DNA from: Bacteriovoracaceae bacterium
GTDB taxonomy: Bacteria > Bdellovibrionota > Bacteriovoracia > Bacteriovoracales > Bacteriovoracaceae
DNA: 34,496 nt
Direction: 5' to 3'
NCBI GenBank assembly: GCA_041586955.1
Contig: JBFGZE010000022.1
Location: 1 to 34,496, forward strand
Position numbers and translations under genes: made by a program. The stretch's first letter is position 1; every line of letters starts with the position of its first letter. Of this stretch, positions 29,589 through 34,496 are shown one piece after another. The notes beneath the pieces were generated by a model. That model was given only the letters and a program-made list of their open reading frames with translations, made no database searches and was not told where the DNA came from.

Positions 29589-30976
29589 ATGGAATTTCAA
29601 ATACGACACCAACGGCAATTGAAAGACTTTCAACTGAATAAAGATCAAGAACAATTATTAAAGGGCCTCTCTAATGATGGTTTGCATGCATGGGGTAATT
29701 TATACCGCAATATCTCCGGTACCATGGAGTGTGATGTGGATGGTGAAAAAATGGGACTTGCCAAAGCAGCAACTCTTTTACGCCAGGGTGACCGCCCTCG
29801 GCGTGAAGCCGCCTGGCGTCCATCAAAACTTCATGGACGATTCAAGAGGAATCAGCAGCTGCGATCTTAAATGCTATTAATGGGTGGCGCATTGAGGAAC
29901 ATTCTGTACGTTCTACCAAAAAGGAATTGCATTACCTGGACATCAGTTGTCATCAAAGTCATATTACGAGAAAGACCTTAGATGCTTTGATGGAAACGAC
30001 ATTTAAAAATAGAAGTATCGGTCAGCGGGCCCATAAGGCGCAGGCCATGGCCATGAAGATCAATAAACTGTCTCCTTGGGATATTTTAGCGCCAGCACCA
30101 GAGCGTGAATGTCATGGAAAAAAATATTCATTCAATGAGGCGATGGATATTATTATCAAGGCCTTTAGTGGCTTAACTCCTGAAATGGGTGAGTTTGCGA
30201 AAATGATGCATCAGAAAAATTGGATTGATGCGAGGGAAACTGAATTTCGGGCGGCCGGTGCTTATTGCACTAGATTTGATAAGGTCCGCGAGCCCAGAGT
30301 GTTTTTAACCTATGATGGCTCAATGGGTAACTTAATGACCTTGGCCCATGAATTAGGCCATGCCTATCATAATTGGGTCATGCGAGATATGCATATTGAG
30401 CGAACCTCTTACGCCATGACAACCGCTGAGACAGCGTCCATTTTCGCTGAAACTCTGGTGCGAGATTATCTCTTTGAAAATTGTCAAAATGAAGAGGATC
30501 AGTTTGATATTGCTTGGCAAGATGGGGAGATTGCAGCCGCTATGCTTTGCAATATTCCTGCCCGCTTTGAATTCGAAAAACAAATGGTTGAGATGAGAAA
30601 AAATCGCGCTCTCCCACCTTCTGAGCTTAAGATCTTAATGAATAATTCTTGGGAAATGTGGTATGAGGACTCCTTGACTGAATATGACGATATGTTTTGG
30701 GCCAATAAGCTTCATTTTCATATCTCCCATTTTGGATTTTATAATTATCCGTATCTTTTTGGTTACCTTTTTAGTCTTGGTATTTATGCTCAAAGGGATA
30801 ATTATGGGAATGGCTTTAATGAGCTTTATACTAAAATTTTACGGGATACGGGTTCGATGACGGCAGTAGAACTTATCCAAAAGCATATGGGAAAAAGTAT
30901 CGAGGAACAAGAGTTTTGGCAGGGCAGCTTAGATTTAGTTGACCGGGCCGTTGCTCGTCTAGAACGTTTGGTTTAA
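29589..30976 (+). pseudogene. pepF: Oligoendopeptidase F (M3B), 5'-truncated and frameshifted near 29820
   Basis: Frame 1 gives DGLHAWGNLY...RREAAWR. After a 1-nt gap, frame 2 continues IKTSW...AAILNAINGWR...TLAHELGHAYH, AETAS, FYNYPY. An upstream in-frame TGA lies at 29556. Confidence 0.85.
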
Positions 30977-31095
30977 ACCTTATTAAGGCGCTCCTCTTTC
31001 CCCGTTCTCGACGAGGAAAAAAGAGGCCCTAACTCTCTTTAAATTTGTTATAACCCTTACTGAGAAATAGACTTCAATTTTTTCGCTAGGAGTTT

Positions 31096-31512
31096 ATGAT
31101 GAAAAATTTATTATTTGGTTTTTTTGTAACTCTGTTTCCTAGTCTCGCTTTTGCTAATGGTAATCTCAATTATTATCTGCGCGATAGTCCTAATCATAGG
31201 ATGATTTACTCCATGGATAAAATGCAAGGTCATATGGATAAGATGATGAGAACATTTAGCGATTTGGAGAAAGCAAAGGACTCAAAAGAAAAGTCCAGTT
31301 TAATAAAAAGGCATACTAAAGAAATAAAAGAGCATATGAAGCAAATGAAAAATGCAATGGGCCTGATGATAGACCAGATGAGAGGAATAAAGGGGACTCA
31401 TAATATACAGCGAATGATGAGCGAAATAAAAGGTATGATGGGGAATATAGAGTATATGCTCGGTCAAGGCCCTCATCACTGCCCAAGCTTGAATGGCAGT
31501 GATTCGCCATAA
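31096..31512 (+). CDS. Secreted Met/His-rich helical protein (possible metal-binding)
   Basis: AGGAG RBS; signal peptide ending AFA; MDKMQGHMDKMM...EHMKQMKNAMGLM. Confidence 0.75.
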   Translation: MMKNLLFGFFVTLFPSLAFANGNLNYYLRDSPNHRMIYSMDKMQGHMDKMMRTFSDLEKAKDSKEKSSLIKRHTKEIKEHMKQMKNAMGLMIDQMRGIKGTHNIQRMMSEIKGMMGNIEYMLGQGPHHCPSLNGSDSP

Positions 31513-31838
31513 TAAAGTTATTTATTTGAAATCGGTGATAATTTACGTACTCATTGCCTTTGGTCGTGGGTAATAGAAAGCTGGGTGACGAATAAACTGA
31601 CTGCCTAAAACGGTGCTCTCGCAGTTGAGCTTTTGGACATCTGTACTGAAAGTTGATAGGTTTGTCTCTTCAAAAAAATGAGAAAAGCCGCTTGGAGGTT
31701 TAAACAGTAACAAGTGGATGACCTTATAGACCTTCTCCCAATTATAATAACCTTCTTACTTGATTTAAATCATAGCAATAGTTTAAGCTCCTGCGATAGT
31801 TAGATATGAGTATTGCAGTCTTGTAAGTGGGGGAGTAA

Positions 31839-33992
31839 ATGAGTCGGTTAAGAGATGTGGACAAAGTTGTTGATCATATTATTTCTCAAGTTGGAAATAA
31901 TATTGTTCTTGCCGCTCCACTTGGGGCAGGGAAGGCCAATACGCTGATCAATTCAATCTATGCCCGGGCCAAAAAAGACTCATCCCTGCAATTAACCATT
32001 TTGACCGCTCTGACCTTACAAAAACCACAGGGGAAGAGCGATTTAGAAAAAAAATTTTATGGGCCTCTCTGCCAACGCATCTTTGGCAATTACCCTGACC
32101 TTTATTATGAGGCCGATCGGGTGAGTCAAACTCTTCCCGATAACATAAAAGTGATAGAGTTTTATTTTCCTGCGGGTAAATTTAAATCAAATGGAATTGC
32201 TCAACGCAATTATCTCTCGACTAATTATACTCATGCCGCTCGTGATATTTTAAATCGTGGGGTCAATGTTATTTGTCAGCAGGTATGTAAGGGAGAAATT
32301 GATGGCCAAGAGGTCTATAGTCTTAGTTGTAACCCAGATATCACGATCGATCTCGTCGAGAAAATGAGAGAGCAAAAAAAGCCGATAACCATTGTGGCAC
32401 AGGTTAACCAAGAATTACCCTTTATGTATGGTGAATCAATCGTTGGTCCAGAATTTTTTGATATCATCTTGGATAATCGGGATTACGATTTTAAAGTATT
32501 TGGTCCACCTAAAATGGGGGTCTCTGATGCTGATTATATGATTGGGATCCACGCATCAACTCTGATTAAAGATGATGGCGAAATTCAAATCGGTATTGGC
32601 TCTTTGGGAGATGCGCTGGCCTATTCGCTATGCTTGCGACATCAGCATAATTCTACTTATCAGGTACTACTTAAATCGTTAAATATTAATGCCAATATTT
32701 TTCCTATTATTAAATCTTTTGGAGACCTCCTTCCTTTTAAAAAAGGGCTTTTTGCGGCAACAGAGATGTTTGTGGACTGCTTTGCTGGCCTTTATGCTGC
32801 AAAGATACTTAAAAAAAAGGTTTACGATTCTATTATTATCCAACGGCTTTTAAATGAAGGAAAAATTAAAGAGCACTTTAATAGTAAGATCTTGGACATT
32901 CTCTATGAGGAGAAGGCCATCCATCATCAATTATCACATTCCGATTTTCAATTCCTCAAAGATTTTGGGATTATTAAAAAGGAGATTCGTTGGAAGGAGA
33001 ATTATTTAATCCTCGAAAATGGAGATAAAATTCTCCCTGATTTACTTGATGAGCAAAACCGTTTAAAGATTGATCAAGAGGTATTAGGGAGTTCTTTGAG
33101 AAATGGAGCTGTTGCTCATGCGGGCTTTTTTCTCGGCCCTAAATCTTTTTATCAATTCTTAAAAAATCTTCCGATACCAGAACGCAAATTAATTCGTATG
33201 AAAAGAATTTCTCAAATTAATCAATTATATGGTCATGAGGAAATAGATCGTCTTCAAAGAAAAAATGGACGGTTTATTAATACTTGTATGTTTGTCACCT
33301 TAAATGGCAGTGCCTGCTCTGATGCCTTAGAGAGTGGGGAACAAGTTAGTGGTGTTGGCGGGCAATATAACTTCGTGGCGATGGCCCATGAATTACCTGA
33401 TGGCCGTTCAATATTGCAGTTACGCAGTACTAGAATTAATGATCATGGTAAAATTATGTCGAATATCGTCATGAATTATGGTAATTGTACTATCCCCAGG
33501 CATTTGCGGGATATTGTCATTACAGAATATGGGATTGCTGATTTGCGAGGGAAAACCGATGAAGAGGTCGCGATCTCCCTTATTCAAATTGCGGATTCTC
33601 GCTTTCAACAAGAATTAATTGAACAAGCGATCAAAGCTAATAAACTGACTAAAGATTATCGATTACCGCAGCGTTTTCGCGATAATCTACCAACAAGATA
33701 CCAGAAGCAATTGTCCGAGTTTAAGAAAAATGATTTATTTGGGCCATTTCCCTTTGGTACTGATTTAACTGATGAAGAATTAGATATAGGGAAAACCTTA
33801 AAGTATCTTAAGGCGAAAAAAAGAAACAAACTTTCATTTATAAAGTTTATCTTGAATAGCTTATTCGTAGGTCCTTGTCCTCTTCGGTATAAGCATTTGC
33901 TCAAACGAATGGATTTAGAAACACCAAAAAGAATAAAAGATCACCTCTATCGTAAAATTTTAATTAATGGATTTATTGAAGTTCTTAACTAG
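31839..33992 (+). CDS. Acetyl-CoA hydrolase/transferase family protein
   Basis: PLGAGKAN, NYTHAARD, SLSCNPD, QIGIGSLGDA, SGVGGQYNFV, IPRHLRD-VITEYGIADLRGK. Confidence 0.93.
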   Translation: MSRLRDVDKVVDHIISQVGNNIVLAAPLGAGKANTLINSIYARAKKDSSLQLTILTALTLQKPQGKSDLEKKFYGPLCQRIFGNYPDLYYEADRVSQTLPDNIKVIEFYFPAGKFKSNGIAQRNYLSTNYTHAARDILNRGVNVICQQVCKGEIDGQEVYSLSCNPDITIDLVEKMREQKKPITIVAQVNQELPFMYGESIVGPEFFDIILDNRDYDFKVFGPPKMGVSDADYMIGIHASTLIKDDGEIQIGIGSLGDALAYSLCLRHQHNSTYQVLLKSLNINANIFPIIKSFGDLLPFKKGLFAATEMFVDCFAGLYAAKILKKKVYDSIIIQRLLNEGKIKEHFNSKILDILYEEKAIHHQLSHSDFQFLKDFGIIKKEIRWKENYLILENGDKILPDLLDEQNRLKIDQEVLGSSLRNGAVAHAGFFLGPKSFYQFLKNLPIPERKLIRMKRISQINQLYGHEEIDRLQRKNGRFINTCMFVTLNGSACSDALESGEQVSGVGGQYNFVAMAHELPDGRSILQLRSTRINDHGKIMSNIVMNYGNCTIPRHLRDIVITEYGIADLRGKTDEEVAISLIQIADSRFQQELIEQAIKANKLTKDYRLPQRFRDNLPTRYQKQLSEFKKNDLFGPFPFGTDLTDEELDIGKTLKYLKAKKRNKLSFIKFILNSLFVGPCPLRYKHLLKRMDLETPKRIKDHLYRKILINGFIEVLN

Positions 33993-34001
33993 TTGGAGAG
34001 T

Positions 34002-34496
34002 ATGATGGATTTAGAATTAGGACCTTTGGCACGATTTGAGGGGGAATGGGAAGGCGAGAGAGGAGAGAGTTGCGCTCCTACAGAAGAGGCAGGGATCGAA
34101 CATAATAGGTATAAGGAATTAATGGCATTTGAACCTCTTGGCCTAGTTAAATATCATCAACAGAAGGTGTATGGGCTGCGTTACAGAACTAAAGCATGGG
34201 AGTTAGGCCATGAATTACCATTTCATGAAGAGGTGGGTTATTGGTTATGGGTTCCAAAGACGCAAAGGGTGGTGCGGTGTTTTGTAACTCCTCATGGAAT
34301 CGCCACGATTGCTGGGAGTGCTGTTAGTGTTGATGTGAATCGTTTTGAACTATCATCAGAACTTGGTTCCGATACTTATGGAATTTGTTCAAATCAATTT
34401 TTAAATGAAAAGTTTCAGACTGTTCGTTATGATTTAAAAATTATTTTTCATAATGATGAGTCTTTTTCCTACGAGGAGGAGTCAGTTTTAAAAATA
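34002..34496 (+). CDS. Heme-binding beta-barrel protein (nitrobindin/THAP4/DUF1794 family), partial; runs off the window
   Basis: GGAG RBS; translated by hand as MMDLELGPLARFEGEWEGERG...YGLRY...FHEEVGYWLW...YGICSN; no stop before the window end. Confidence 0.88.
   Translation, partial: MMDLELGPLARFEGEWEGERGESCAPTEEAGIEHNRYKELMAFEPLGLVKYHQQKVYGLRYRTKAWELGHELPFHEEVGYWLWVPKTQRVVRCFVTPHGIATIAGSAVSVDVNRFELSSELGSDTYGICSNQFLNEKFQTVRYDLKIIFHNDESFSYEEESVLKI

Noticed and set aside
31513..31838. 326-bp intergenic region as a possible ncRNA or mobile element scar
   Set aside because: No recognisable RNA motif, terminal inverted repeats or convincing ORF.

Overview
AT-rich bacterial chromosomal segment with about 33 genes. 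I found no rRNA, tRNA, CRISPR array, prophage or IS element. The gene content suggests a Bacteriovoracaceae/Halobacteriovorax-like (Bdellovibrionota) genome, which is an inference: orphan type IV pilin, PilZ protein, secreted trypsin-like protease, DUF4360 paralogs, TIGR02147/DUF4423-like HTH regulator, and many orphan secreted proteins. Recognisable genes include monomeric isocitrate dehydrogenase, a PhnA-family protein, an MltB-type lytic transglycosylase, CBS, USP, CDF, patatin, MBL and flavodoxin-like proteins, a hybrid histidine kinase, an fdhD-fdsB-fdsA-type NAD-linked formate dehydrogenase operon, an acetyl-CoA hydrolase/transferase and a partial nitrobindin-like gene. Two decayed genes are present: an RND transporter relic and a truncated, frameshifted oligoendopeptidase F. 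The most interesting observations are (1) an RNase Z fused to a Mut7-C (PIN-like + Zn ribbon) domain whose catalytic acidic residues appear altered, (2) a probable ATT start codon for the hybrid kinase, (3) an unannotated 36-aa membrane peptide convergent with a small DNA-binding-like gene, and (4) a cluster of divergent DUF4360 paralogs plus a regulator-secreted protein pair with palindromic operator candidates. I cannot show a complete new multi-gene system from sequence alone; these are candidates.
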